Below are positions 24,601 to 38,300 of a stretch of 64,000 bases of DNA, in pieces. The position numbers and the translations under genes were made by a program. Where the stretch lies: contig NC_092676.1 of assembly GCF_964355755.1 (NCBI RefSeq), positions 20,106,871 to 20,170,870 of the forward strand. The letters are read 5' to 3'. The stretch's first letter is position 1. Every line of letters starts with the position of its first letter. The notes under the pieces were generated by a model. The model was not told the DNA's origin, made no database searches, and saw only the letters and a program-made list of their open reading frames with translations. The stretch is from Antedon mediterranea. Lineage: Eukaryota > Animalia > Echinodermata.

Positions 24601-25378
24601 GCACCAATATTTATTATCGTAACAAACAGAAATCCAAAGCCCCATACTGTTGGCAAAAAGCAATATATAATTTATCAATTAATTCATAATTCTCTAATCA
24701 TGTATGTGCAATAAAAAAAGAAATAATTAAGTACAATTATATATTACTATGTCATCATAATAAAAAAAATTAATAAAATTATTATTCAGATATAATAGGA
24801 AAATATAAACATCTAAACATGACCTTATTTCTCAGTTTGTTTTGCCACAAACACATTGAATTGTGTTGAATGACGGATAACAACTGTTTAATAAACAAAT
24901 ATTGCTATTTTGGATAGAAAATGGATTATGAATTGATTAACATACAATAATATATTAGTGTTTTAGAATGAAAAGATGAACAAACAAACTGTATGAAGAA
25001 TGAATGGTTGAATGAGAGATTAGAGAAATATATGGATGAATAAAGAACAGATAATGAATAGTTGAAAGAATATGAAGAATGGGATGAAGGAATAAAAATG
25101 AAGAATGGGTGAATTAAAATGAATAAATAAATGAATATATGAAAATAAAGGAGTGGATGAATGAAAATGAATGAAGTGGATGAATTAATGAATAAAAAAA
25201 TGGAATGGATGAATTGAAATAAATAAAAATAAATTGAAAATGAATGGTTAGTTAAACTGTTCAATCAATATGTTCAAAAGTTTTAAGAGCGATACTGACT
25301 TGTGCTGTAATTTTAAGCCAGATCCAGATATTTACCTTCGAGTGAAGAGGGACCTGATGTTGTAGCATTGCCAGTCAT
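18666..25378 (-). CDS. SLC39A14: ZIP8/ZIP14-type zinc/manganese/iron transporter (SLC39A, LIV-1 family), paralogue 1, ~373 aa
   Basis: Seven phase-consistent GT/AG exons: 25378-25336, 24646-24477, 23342-23214, 21381-21178, 20315-20081, 19168-18981, 18818-18666. Motifs [42 protein letters not shown] (EEXPHE is the ZIP8/14 signature), [18 protein letters not shown]. The symbol means ZIP14/ZIP8-like, not proven orthology. Confidence 0.9.
21610..23050 (+). repeat. Intronic minisatellite, ~84 bp unit, about 17 copies
   Basis: Unit AGCTGTAAGTGTTAAACATATAGTGCCCCTCATTTGTATCACAAGAAAGTGTCCCC(ATGAT|TTGAA)AGGGGTGTCC(T|C)CTGAATAGAGGT, preceded by a MITE-like end TACAGTAGAACC at ~21557. Confidence 0.95.
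23386..23789 (+). repeat. Purine-rich 16-bp minisatellite (GGAAGGGTGGAGGAGC)n
   Basis: About 25 copies inside a ZIP intron; absent from the matching intron of paralogue 2. Confidence 0.95.
23875..24062 (+). mobile_element. Penelope-like pseudo-LTR fragment with minimal hammerhead ribozyme
   Basis: Near-identical to 31055-31223. Hammerhead motif at 23891-23927: GCA CTGATGA A GGAC-TAGTGTT-GCCC GAAA GC TC TGC. Confidence 0.75.
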
Positions 25379-25699
25379 ATTGTTGGATTCCTACAGTACG
25401 TACAGAAAGTTGAATTCTTTGAAGTGTTCAATAAACAGTTCTTAATTTTCAACAATCACTTAATCTGTGGTAGAATTAATATAAAGGGGAAGGAATTAAA
25501 TACTTGATCTATCCACCAATTTCAGTGTTCTTTTCTTACTCAATTTTGCCTGCTGTACACAGTAGATCTATGTTACTGCTGCTGCACTAAAATGAATATA
25601 TCTGATTACAATTTTCATGTACCTACTGTATAAAAGAAAATGATGATATTAATATTATAATAATTCTAGGCCTAGAAAGATACAGCTACTTAAAAAGCC

Positions 25700-25905
25700 A
25701 TAGCCTTACAGTATGGGTTCGAGGCTCACTCGCTCCATGCTTGTGGTGGTACAAGTCTCCTCGGATAAGGACTATAAACTGTAGGTTATCAAAGAGAATC
25801 CACTTTAAAGAACCATGGTATGTACACAAAATTCTCATGTGCACTTTAAATACATCTTTCGAGATCATTAGCGGGTTACTCTGGTGCCAGTGTGTCTTAG
25901 CTTTT
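25700..25905 (+). mobile_element. Degenerate SINE-like remnant
   Basis: B-box-like GGTTCGAG followed by CGGATAAGGACTATAAACTGTAGG and TTAAAGAACC, which resemble conserved central domains of invertebrate SINEs. Confidence 0.35.
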
Positions 25906-27786
25906 GTGATCTTAGGTTTCGTGACACCCGTCAAGACGAATTAGCGCTGTAGTTTTCAACACCGACATGGTATAACCAGGGAAGAGATCCTTGGGGAAGA
26001 AGTATATAGTTGAAAAGTGTAACGGTGCATTGAGACAATATTGCGCTATATATAAACAGTAGGGACAATAAAAAATACGACGGTTAGGGGAGGACGACGA
26101 ATATCCTGTGTTATGCTAGAGCGTAAAATCATATACAGTCAACATAGCCGTTTTATTAGTTACGCACCCTTCTTGTGCAAAGACGATGACCCGCTGCAGT
26201 ATCTCTCTCTCTGAATCACTTGCCTCAAACACCGCTTTTACCACAGCCATTTTAACCCAATAAAAATGTTATTTCATTAAACAATTAAATTGGAAGTTCA
26301 ATAGTTTTGAAAATTTCACATTTAAGTGTAATTTGAACTGTATATTTAAGGTTATTTATACATTATTTCTAGTCGTTCTTAACGTTACCGTCCTCAAAAA
26401 GTTAAGACGACGGAATTTCACGCTAAGCTCTACCCACTTTGTTAAAGCTCATGCATAAATTATTCATGAGCACCGTCTTCTGGCTTCCCGTCATGTTTTG
26501 TAAAGTCCTTATTAACATAAAAAGAGTAAGTTTAAGGGTAAATGTACCAATTAGCGGTTAATCAAATAACAAATCAAAGTAATTAAAGTATTGTTATGTT
26601 GTACATGGATAATATAGACAAACTTTTCATAATAAATGTTAATATTTTTAAAAAGTGATAACAAGTTTCACCTAAAAGCCTGAGAAATAAAGAGAAATAT
26701 TTTTTTTAATAATGTTGACCTACTGTATGACTTTTTATTATTATTCATCATTGAAGTATTATTCAGTTAAATAAATACTTAAATAAAAGCTTTAAATAAT
26801 CAACAAGATATAAATAAATTTTAAATAATAAGCAAAATATAGATTCAAATAGTTTTATCCTAAGTTTAATGCGACGATTATTTGTTTCTTTTCTGTAAAG
26901 ATTTTATGGCCAGATTATTTCAAAAAGTTATATTTATTAATATTTTGAAAAAAATATCTATCTATCCCATAATAAAATCTGGCCATGAGAAACTTTTCAG
27001 CGTGATCATTTCGAGCGTTTCAAAATTATTCAATTGGGTGGGTTGTAATCAAACCAAAATTGTAAAAGTCGAGCTCCTTGAAAATTTAAAGTTATTGAAT
27101 GCTCTCCTCTTATTTCATTATATGAAGATCTGGTCAAGGTCAAAAGGTCAAACATTTATCAGTCTCATTTTCATTTTGATATTACATCATATCTAAAAAT
27201 TTGAATAATGTGGGTCGCATAATTTCATCTACACTGTATTGAACCTGTTACAGCTCTTCAGAATGTAAGGGGACCTTCATATTATTATTGAAGGTGCTGT
27301 ACAGTATTGTATTTGTAGATATGAAAATTAAAGTAATATTGCTATTGTAAATATGTCATACATTACTAAATAAAAAATAAATTACATGCCATTTTCGCTT
27401 AGCGAACATCTTATTATAGATATATTATAAATTGTCAATGTCCTGTATGTCATGAACTTTTCACCAATCGGAAGTCCAGATGGTACGCATGCATACACTT
27501 GGGAGGTATAAACTGATTTCCCCGACTGAAAATGGTCTACGCTTGCGGACACACCCCTCCCATCACCCAAATAAAGGCAAGACGGAAAACTTTTTTAAGC
27601 CTCTAGGCCATGTTTCCAAAGTGTAAGATGCAATTTTTGAAGACCTGCAGCTTTAGTTTTAAAAATTTTCTTATCTCACTCAGCCTCAATTATAAAGCTG
27701 GTCATAGGTACTTAAGATAGATAATATAAATAATTTCTGACTATATTGACTGAAACTTTAAAGCAAATAAACTATAAAATACAATA

Positions 27787-28065
<279 letters not shown>

Positions 28066-28182
28066 ACAAGAGGCAACGAACATTAAAGCCCCATTCCCTA
28101 CGTTTTTTAGATCTAATTTAAGATCACAAACTATATTTAATGTAAAAATAATACTATATGGTCCTATTGCGATAACCTTCTA

Positions 28183-28885
28183 AGACTAAAGAAATGGTTG
28201 TTGATTTCCGTAAATCACTTAATGTCAAATATCCAATATTTATTAATGGTATATCAGTTGAGTTTGTAGAAGAATTTAAATTCTTGGGTATTTATATTTC
28301 AAATGATCTGAAGTGGCATATTAACACACGTAACATTATTAGAAAGGCCCAAAGAAGAATCTACTTCCTACGTAGACTTAAATCATTTGGTATAAACTCT
28401 GAAATAATGTCGTCCTTCTATAGGTCAGTTATAGAGAGTGTAATAACGTATTCTTTAACGGTATGGTTCGGTAGCGCTACCGAATATGAAAAGCGTGACC
28501 TAAATAGAATAGTCAAGACCGCATCGCGTATAATTGGATCTACACAACTGCCTTTGGAGAACATATTTTCGGATCGTCTTCTGAAAAAGGCAGTGGCTAT
28601 CAAAGATGATCATTTTCATCCGGCCTCTAGTATGTTCCAGTTGATGCGCAGCGGTCGGCGATTTCGTTCTATTAAGGCCAATAAGGCACGATTTACAAAT
28701 AGTTTCTTTCCAGGATCTATTAGAGCCTTAAATATGATGTAGACTTTTTTTTGTAATGTTCTTGTTTTTTTAGTTCGTGTTGTGTCCGTTGGATATTGTG
28801 CTCCGCCAACAGAGCAAACAGAATTTCTATGTTTTTTCTAAAACAAATGATAATAAATGATACTTGACTTGACTTGACTTGACTT
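28183..28885 (+). mobile_element. 5'-truncated LINE (Rex/Babar- or L2-like) RT C-terminus
   Basis: KTKEMVVDFRK...FKFLGIYISNDLKW...KAQRRIYFLRRLK...FYRSVIESVITY...HPASSMFQLMRSGRRFRSI...SFFPGSIRALN, then AATAAA and a (CTTGA)n tail at 28861-28885. Confidence 0.88.
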
Positions 28886-29924
28886 TTTCGTCTTTAAACG
28901 GTTAAAAATGTGAAAAATAAGCCGATTCTAATAATTATAGCGGCCCGCTATAAATCCCAAAATGCTTTGCGCGCGGATTGATATTTTTGTTTTTCACCTG
29001 TAATTCGCCCACTTTTCGATCGATCGTGAGGCCAAAACAAATGGAAGACTCCTAACTTTTCAGCGAAAATACCGGGTTTTCCCCAATTTGTATCAACGGA
29101 GTCTGGCAAAAATAGAAAGACAATTAATGCAGCAACTATACAACGTCAGACTAGGTATATAGCTCGCGTACGATGTTCGTACGTTACCGATGTTTACCAG
29201 CTAGGCCTACAAAACTAAGCCTAGCTAGGCTAGGCCTAAGACCGTCCACGAGAGGTCGATCGCCGCGAGCTACTTAGGTAGTGCATTGTTTCTCACTTTT
29301 TATCATAATTTACCATAAAACGTACATTTAAGACAAGGAATGACATGGTTTAATGTTTTTAAAGTGATATATATGTATTATTTTCCAAAAAACTTCCAAA
29401 ATTGCAGGGAAGGGGTCGTTAATTCTAAACCGCCCGGTGATATACTGAAATTTAATTAATTAATTTGAAACATATATATATATATAACACTCAGCCTCAA
29501 CCATAAAGCTGGTCATAGGAAATAGATAAATAGATAAATAATATAGATAAATTTCTGACTATATTGACTGAAGCTTTAAAGCAAATAAACTATAAAATAC
29601 AATATATATACAGTATAACGCTCAGCCTTAACCATAAAGCTGGTCATAGGTACTTATAAATTTCATTTCATATTTTGAAGTACAATAAGTGCATTTCCGG
29701 GACCTAACAGCTCCATTTTAGCTCAGTCACAACCATGATAGGGACTTATATATTTTAATAATATGACGTATCAGAGTGAAAAATTTATAAATTCTAGTTA
29801 TATCAATTAGTATCACTAATGCAACTTGTATTCCCATTACAGGAATATGGAAATGTACAGTATTTAGGATATATATGGTTTTATTTTCTTATTGAAAGGA
29901 ACTAAACTATAAAATACAATATCA

Positions 29925-29925
<1 letters not shown>

Positions 29926-30013
<88 letters not shown>

Positions 30014-30018
30014 ATATA
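29926..30018. repeat. (TA)n microsatellite
   Basis: TA run with one interruption. Confidence 0.95.
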
Positions 30019-30448
30019 AATCATACTGTAAATTATAGAAACAGTGCTCATATTCGGAACATGATCTCATAATCGCGTCGAGCATAGCTCATTGGCGAAA
30101 GTTCCGTATTTTTTAGTTGTATGAAAAAATGTCTCTGGCTGGATTCGAACCTGCAACCTCTCGCTTACAGGGCGAGTATCATACCACTAGGCCACAGAGC
30201 CATGTATGGTATTATCACAGATTATTATCACAGATAATCTGTGATAATACCATACATGGCTCTGTGGCCTAGTGGTATGATACTCGCCCTGTAAGCGAGA
30301 GGTTGCAGGTTCGAATCCAGCCAGAGACATTTTTTCATACAACTAAAAAATACGGAACTTTCGCCAATGAGCTATGCTCGACGCGATTATGAGATCATGT
30401 TCCGAATATGAGCACTGTTTCTATAATTTACAGTATGATTTATATATA
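30011..30448. repeat. Long inverted repeat, 214-bp arms with a 10-bp spacer
   Basis: 30011-30224 is the reverse complement of 30235-30448; no mismatches seen by eye. Confidence 0.95.
30258..30329 (+). pseudogene. tRNA-like Pol III unit (Pro-like body, TGT anticodon position); mirror copy on minus at 30130-30201
   Basis: GGCTCTG TGGCCTAGTGG (A box) TATGATA CTCGC-CCTGTAA-GCGAG AGGTT GCAGG-TTCGAAT-CCAGC CAGAGAC A followed by T6. Mismatches in acceptor, D and T stems, and C at position 33. Confidence 0.7.
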
Positions 30449-30476
30449 ATTTACACAGTGCTACGCAACATCATTG

Positions 30477-30518
<42 letters not shown>

Positions 30519-30684
30519 TGCGGCCAGCTACATGCTGGTCGTACGAAACAAATTTGTAGTGATTAAAACAATAAAGTAACCAAGTTTTCTGCTGTTATTT
30601 TATTTATTTATGCTCTACCTTGGTATTGAGCACTCTATCCTAACGGTCTGATAATTTCAACCTGAATATATATATATATATATA

Positions 30685-31225
30685 AATTTCAGAGTTATTG
30701 CAATAGACCACGATGTCAAATGGAGCGACAAAACTCGCAAAGACAAAGAAAACCACTGGGAAATACAACTTAAAACCACAAAACCTTTTGGACTTAACAT
30801 TAGGAACATACTCCCAGATCGGTAAAATTATTCCATTGAATACCAAAATTTAAGTTTCAATATTAACCACCATAAGCTGTTTTTTAGTTTCATTCCATAT
30901 TGTTTATTTCTATACCAAGCTACCTTCTTTGTTTTCTATTCTTATTCACCCACCATTCACCACCCTCTCTCCTTTTGTTGTATTTCTTTTATTCCTGTCC
31001 ACCCAGGCAGCACTTGCCAGTTCTTATACTATGACGTTATCCAAATTCCTTCACTTGCACTGATGAAGGGCTAGTGTTGCCCGAAAGCTCTGCTAACTTT
31101 TCTAGCTGTTTTACTTTATCGTTTTGATTTAGTATTTCACTTTTTTTTTGTATCTCCATTGAGATCCAGCCACTGATACCCACAGTATTGTAATTTTTTC
31201 AGTAATTTGCCTTTGGATTTATATT
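30685..31225 (+). mobile_element. Penelope-like element 3' end (GIY-YIG C-terminus and pseudo-LTR)
   Basis: 30685-30825 reads NFRVIAIDHDVKWSDKTRKDKENHWEIQLKTTKPFGLNIRN*, the E..W...L.T..P.GLN pattern of PLE endonucleases. Starts in a (TA)n tract and carries a hammerhead motif downstream. Confidence 0.8.
31057..31093 (+). ncRNA. Minimal type I hammerhead ribozyme
   Basis: GCA CTGATGA A GGGC-TAGTGTT-GCCC GAAA GC TC|TGC: intact core, 4-bp stem II, palindromic AGCT in place of stem III. Confidence 0.75.
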
Positions 31226-34200
31226 TGGTGGAATCTTTATTTGACACTTAATATCTTTACATACCTAATTTCAAAGAATGCTATATCGTCAGTTCATATT
31301 TCAATAGACTGTATGGCCTCCACGATCAAGTGCAATTAATTAACTTTATTAATAAATCATAAATACCTTAGCATGTAAAAATAGCACATGAATTATATAC
31401 TGTAATAACATATCTCATGTAGCGTAGAAGGAAAAACTGCTAATACATGTTATTAATAGGATACATATAGCAATTTTGTTGTAAAAAATGTTGAAAATTA
31501 ATGTTTTAATAGTCGCGTCAAACATTGCATTTGCCGTCATATGTCGACGCGAACGTACTAGTTGACGCAATACACGCATTTCTGACGAATTGTACATTCT
31601 CGAGGCTGATCGATTATTTAACTTTTTTACACCAAAATCACCTCAGTATATAGCATGGAGTAAGAATTTACTCCATGGTAAAATGCAATTAACACCCTAA
31701 ACATATCCTATTTTGTATAACTTACACTTTATAATGGTAGGGCTTGGTCATAACTGATAGGGCTTAGTATTTTTAGGAGGAACATAAAGGTATTCCCACA
31801 TGATTGTCACATGGTCTCCCAGGAGGACTCCCATCTCTAACCAGACGAGAACCGGTGTTTCAACGTGGTAAAGGGGGGGGGGTAAAAGGCCTCCTACTAC
31901 AAGTAAATGCAGAATAACAGTCTATCTAGCCTGGCCTAGTTTATTATTAACTATTGTTAATTAAATTCAATTATTTTGATCATATTGAGTGTCATTTTAC
32001 CTGCCTTTTTTATTCCTGATTGATGATAAAATTTTTGATAGAGATCGTGCTGCAGACAGTCGCTCACGTGGTATGTATGCCAGCAGGCGGCGGGCTGTCC
32101 GCCAGGCGAACATTTTCTCGGCGATACCATTTTTTTTAGAGGGAAGATAGCTGTACTTTGTTTCTGTAAGTAAATTGCGTTATTAAGAGTATCTTTTCCT
32201 ACTAGAGTTGCGTCGATGTTTGGGTTTGCGGGCGAAGAAGTGTTAACTTTATGGATAGTCTGAATACAGACTACTATGACATAGGGTTCAGTACTTCATA
32301 CAATGTTTAGTTCTTAGATAAATACATACTCTCTGTAAAAAGACGACCATAACACAAATACACACTTTATTCAGATATTCTGTTACCAAATAACAACTTT
32401 TGTGTTGTGTACAGGTATTATACTGTATATTGAACTACTGTTGTTGGCATAAGATGATCCTTAATATTTAAACCCTAGAGAAGGACTGGAGGTCAATACG
32501 GTCATTTTTACAGTAAATCTGTATAAAATTATGATTTAGTTACCATGATTTTCTGGTTTATTTACATCATTGCATTGTTACTGCTACCTGTTTAATATAC
32601 AAAATAGGGAAACAGACTCCTTATTATACTGTATGTACACTATTGTGCTAAATAATACCTAAATAAATACATTTAAAACCAGATTTAACATCAAGTAATT
32701 ATTTGTTGCGCGTTTACAAAATTTACTGTTTGGAATAAATTTTTGTAGCAACGATTAGTTTCTTGTACTTGGTTTTCACTTGGGTACAACACAAGGAGGT
32801 AAGCCCTCTGTAATTTGACCAATCATGATGCGATGGAAATTCTGAACTGTCGCTTGTGATGCGCCCTCATCGTATCGAATCCAAATAAGAACCAAGTTTT
32901 AAAGAAAAACAGAAACTTTAGAATTAATTTAAATGCATGATGACTAAATTACCTTCCCTGTGGTACAGAGGTAAACTGCTTCCAGCTCACCACTTGTGAA
33001 GGTAACTTATATTAAACTACTAATATAGATATATAAAATACAATAACAATTAATAACTACATAAAACTATAAAAACTGAATAAGAAAAATGCTATTAAAA
33101 TAGTGTACACTAAGGCATGACCAGATTTCATGATTAATTGTACATACTAATAAATAAAAGGTATACTTTAAAAATTTACTATTAAAGCACAGCAATTATA
33201 GTTATCTATTTTAGCTAACTTATATTATGGGTACATTTCTCCCAAACACAAGAATATTTGTAAGATCTAAATACAAATAAGATCCAAATACATAAATATT
33301 TGGAAAACCAGATTCTTTAGAAAAAAGAAAAGCATTAGCCAATCAAGGTTGTTTGGTATCGGGATGGTTGACTGTATTATATCATTAAAAGGCTAGCAAT
33401 ACTTAATGCTCTGTCTACATTATTGAACTAGTTTGCATTTTTTGACAATTTTTTAGACTACTTCTTTCAAATTACCTAGCAAATTTCTGGAGTTTACACA
33501 CAGTATGTTTAGTATGCATCGTGGTCTGTGTAAAATCCAGAGTTTCAGCTAGGTCTTTGGTTGTAGACCAAAATTAGTAAACAGATAAATATTTTGGCAC
33601 ATATGGCGTTTCATACATATAATACTTGAGCTCACATTTCAGATAAAAATTGAAACGCTGATTGGTGGACTAACATAAAAAATACAATAACTGCCAAACT
33701 TTTATCTTTTTACTACTTTGAGTCTAGAACCTAGACTACTAGGCAATGTGAAAGCGGTATTAATGATTACATTTTAACTATCTTGAAATCGTCCAGTACT
33801 GTGCACAACACATGAAATTAACATGTGGAATGGACACTCAGGCTAGTCACATTCATACCATATTTTTATATATATCAATCATTGATTTATACTTTTTCCT
33901 CCCTCTCTTGTAAACTTATATTGCATTTGCTAAAATTAAATAACCTAATATACAATTTCACCCTAGATAACTTCCACCACCACCACCCCAATCCCTAGTA
34001 CTGCCACAACCACACAATCATCAATTATAAATACCTATTTCCCAATAATATAAAATGTATTTAAAAAAATTATTGCTTAAAATTCAACATTGTCATATGA
34101 ATGTTTTCTCTACAGTACATATATGTTTTTCAAGATTCTTATCAATACAATATATGGGAATATCATTTACTTTTTTATATTATAATATATATTGTATGTA

Positions 34201-34922
34201 GAAATACTCTGTTTTTACAAATGACTGGCTTTTAGGTTTCGTATTAATATGGTCAGAAAACTTCTGGAGCGGTTATCACTTTAAAAAAACGGCCAGTGCA
34301 ACAAGTAAATTACTCAATACAACAAGAACACAAGATTACAATTTAGGAACTGGTCGTCTTATGGCAGTAAAGGCATGGGATTCATTACATTATACAAATA
34401 ATAAATGTTTCTGAGGTGAATGGTGAGAATATTTCATGAGTTTAAAGAATGAAATATTCTCTCCATTCAACCAATACAAAATTTCCCTAATTAATCAACT
34501 ACCTCCATCTTGAATCATCGTCCAAGGCTAGGCCAGGAGGCTAGGCCATTAAAAAGGGCAGTGCTTCAATTTCTTACGTAGAGTAGAACAGTTATAAATG
34601 GCAAGCGGTACATATTGAATTTCAACCTCGCATATCAGAAAATTATCACCATAAATATCACCATTATATCACCTTTCCATTAAGTAGAACTTATACCAAA
34701 AGGTACATCTGTGATGCATAATTAGCAAATTAAATGGCAAGGATACATTGAGGTATGTTACTATAAACATAATCCAAATTAAATATATATACTGTATTGG
34801 TAAAAGTACTATTACAATAAGCATACAAGCTTTTTTATCAAATAACCTCTGTTCTGCTAAGCATAAAATCAATTTTGCATCACATACACAAACATCCTAG
34901 CTACTCAGTTTATATGAACTTA

Positions 34923-35048
34923 AGCTCGGTTTACACTATCAAACTAGTGTGATGGCCAAAATATGGTAGTGATATGACATCATCATGTTCATATATTTGG
35001 CACATCACATTTTTTGTCACATAAAGTTTGATAGTGTAGACAGAGCTT
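34923..35048. mobile_element. PIF/Harbinger-like MITE family; other copies ~20900-21170, 36127-36263, 38413-38538, 47472-47628
   Basis: TIR AGCTCTGTCTACACTATCAAAC...GTTTGATAGTGTAGACAGAGCT, shared core CCAAATATGGTAGTGATATGACATCATC, TA-rich flanks. Confidence 0.7.
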
Positions 35049-35369
35049 AAGTAATATGGTACATGACATTGGTTAAAATACTATATCCTTATTTTTATGA
35101 GAATACATAATTATTATTTATTTCATCTCGTAATAAATGGTTACGAGATTATTGTGAAATATGAGCCTAGCGCGTGCGCGGGTACAAGCAGATTTCTGGA
35201 ACGTTTTAATAAATGAACTGCCAGTACATAAAGGCTAGTATTACATACAGTATACCTCTACAGTAATTAGTGACTTTTCTAATTTACCATTTAAACACTG
35301 GCACTGGAGAGGTAGACCAAGTAGGGGATGACCAGTAGGGTTTCACAATGCATTAAATATTATTTGTGA

Positions 35370-38300
35370 CTATAGACCTAGATCAATATACCCACTGAAT
35401 AATGTTAGTACAAGTATAATAGCAAATCCAAGCAGTAAGCCAACGTTCTGAAGGAGAAATATTGAAATGTTGGTAGGAGATAGACTTGGATCATCGTCAG
35501 ATGAATTATTTATTTCTGGAAGCTGTGAATGACAAAGAAACATATTGTTTAGAACTCTAAATTCAACAATGTTTATTTTGTTGCAAATAAAAATTAGAAT
35601 TTGGAATTCTAAGTTAAGAGACAATCTATATTTCAACATTCAGAGACATTTTTATTATTTCTTTATACTGAGTGACCTCTTCAGTCAAAGACTGTTCTCC
35701 CACAGGGTCCATATATGATTAGTATCTGTGTGTGACAGTGGCTGTGTGTATTGTTGTCTTACAATTTATTGTTTCATTAATATAAAAATAATCGCTTAAA
35801 TGTTGTGGGTCTTGTCACGAAAAGAGCATCAATCAATATAAATTATTAAAACAAAAGTAAAGCATGCATTTGTACCTACCATGTCCACAAGTGATATATA
35901 CAAAAACATACCACCAGCCAGAGCAAATATCCACTCCCCAGCTTCTGTAAGCTCACCCAGTAGAATGCCGATTGCAAGGCCAAAGTAACAAGTTATTGCT
36001 GAGGCTAGGTTTGCCATCACAGCTTGCCTTACTGTCAGACCTGATTTTAATAATATAGCAAAATCTCCTACAAATAAAAGAACGCAGAATTTTTTACTGG
36101 AACATCAAGTCAAAATAAATGAGTTAAGCTCTACAAAATCAAACTAGTTTAACGAAAAAATGTGTGATGTACCCAAATATAGGAGTGATATTCGATAATA
36201 TGGTAGTGATGACATCATCATTACATTTTTTTGTCACATAAAGTTTGGTAGTGTAGACAGAGCTAAAGATTCTAGTTAGTATAGTACAGTAAAACCCAGT
36301 ACCTAATTCATGTGGAAACTCCTCACATATAACTGCTATAGAAATACTAATTCCACTAGCAATGGAGTGCGTGAATGATGCGCCAATAGCCAAGCCGTCA
36401 ATAAAGTTGTGCAGGCCATCGCCGAATGCTATCATGTAAGCCACTGAGGCAATTGCTTTCTTTGTGGAACTGAAGTCAACCTCTGCATGCTCATGTCCAC
36501 AAATAGGCTTGTTATTTCCATTACCATTCATCTGAAAAAGAAGGTTATTATAAGTGATGATATATAATAAGTAATATTACAACAGTAGAAATGTAATATT
36601 TATATAGCGCTTTAAACAATCAGCAGATTGTCCCAAAGAAATAAAAAATAACAGATTAAAAGATATTGATAAAGATAAAAAACTATTAAACCGCTCCGAG
36701 AGTGCATACCTCCGCCTACTGTAAAATTCTCCTACATAAGATTTCTCTGGGAAAATATATATATATATATTTGTGTTTGATTTAGGCTAATTTCGCTACA
36801 AGCATGTGTATGCGAATTTGGTGTATGGTTATGTAACAAGCCTTTCAATTAACAATAGTTTCAGTTGACTAACAATAGAACAGCAGTGCCAAAAACAAAC
36901 GGGTGAATTTAAAAAGAAATAGTTTTTTATCAAAAAACTTGTAAATTAAATCAAACCATGTTTTAAAATTACAAATCACAAATATAACTCTTGCCTCTTG
37001 TACAAAAATGAAGTTTTTTGGACAAGTATTAGTAGTAGAGAAAATGCAATTTCAGTTTACTTGTAATACTTTAAGACTGCTCGCCGGCTTTTGAAAATTC
37101 TGTCCTATCTTTTAACACTAGCAGGTCTGAAAATTAAAATTACTAAAATTGGTCCAGAATTGGGACCGTGATAGTGTTGACAGAGCTTAACAAATACCTG
37201 TAATGGTGCAAGTTCCTCTGCATTTTTTTCATTTGATAGCGATACTTTGTGTATCCCAGTTCCATTGCAAGGCATGGTCACATGATTACCTACTGTACGC
37301 ATCTGGTTGTCTTCTATCAGTTGAGGTGTATAGTGATTAGATACATTCTTATCCATTGGTATTGTTGAAACCTTTTCTAGACTACCTCTAAGCTTTTTCT
37401 GTGGTATATGAATATTTAGTAAATCATTAAGAAATAAATACTGTCTATATTAAGTCAATGCTAAACTTTGTCTTATAGAGGTTAGCTTATTGACATAGAC
37501 ATTGACATAGACATACTTTATTGTCACATAATAATTGTAAAATGCGAGACTCAGCTCCCTGTTACATTCGTAAAAACATCAATACAATTCGATACAAGTC
37601 AAATACATTGTAGGCCTATGTACAGTTTATTAAAAGTAATTGGAGAAATTATCTTACAAATTGTTTGTTAAAGAGACGAATTGAGGAGGAATAAAGGAGT
37701 TGTTAAACCTATTTGTTTTTGTCAAAGGATGATGTAGTCTACCAGATCTGCACATAACAAACGAACTATGCAAGGGATGGGCAGAATCGGACATTATGAC
37801 TTTGGCTTTAGCCAACATCAATTCGATACACATGCTATCTAAATCCTCAGATTTGGTACCAGTAAAGTGAATTATAGATCAAGGGAGCACCTTTAGAACC
37901 CAAGCATGTGTCTACTTAATAAGAGTGTCCTACAAAATAGGGGTTGGCTATACAGTATTGTTGAAGCATATATTGTTCCACATTTGCTTCACAATAAGTG
38001 TTCCCTTAATAGGTGTCTCCTTAATGTGATGCCCCTTAATAGAGATGCCCCTTAATAGAGATGCCCCCTTAATAGAGATGCCCCCTTAATAGAGATGCCC
38101 CCTTAATAGAGATGCCCCCTTAATAGAGATTCCCCCTTAATAGAGATGCCCCTTAATAGAGAGGCCCCCTTAATAGAGATGCCTCTTAATAGAGATGCCC
38201 CCTTAATAGAGATGCCCCTTAATAGAGATGCCCCCTTAATAGAGGTGTCCTTAGAATAGGGGTGTCCTAAAGGAGGAGTTCTACTGTATTTTGATGTCCT

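Noticed and set aside
30258-30329. Functional tRNA-Thr(TGT)
   Set aside because: G-A mismatch in the acceptor stem, A-A in the T stem, a weak D stem, C33 and a Pro-like body; treated as tRNA-derived.
32314-33400. Second TSSC4 copy
   Set aside because: Homology covers only sequence downstream of the TSSC4 stop; no coding remnant is seen upstream of 32314.
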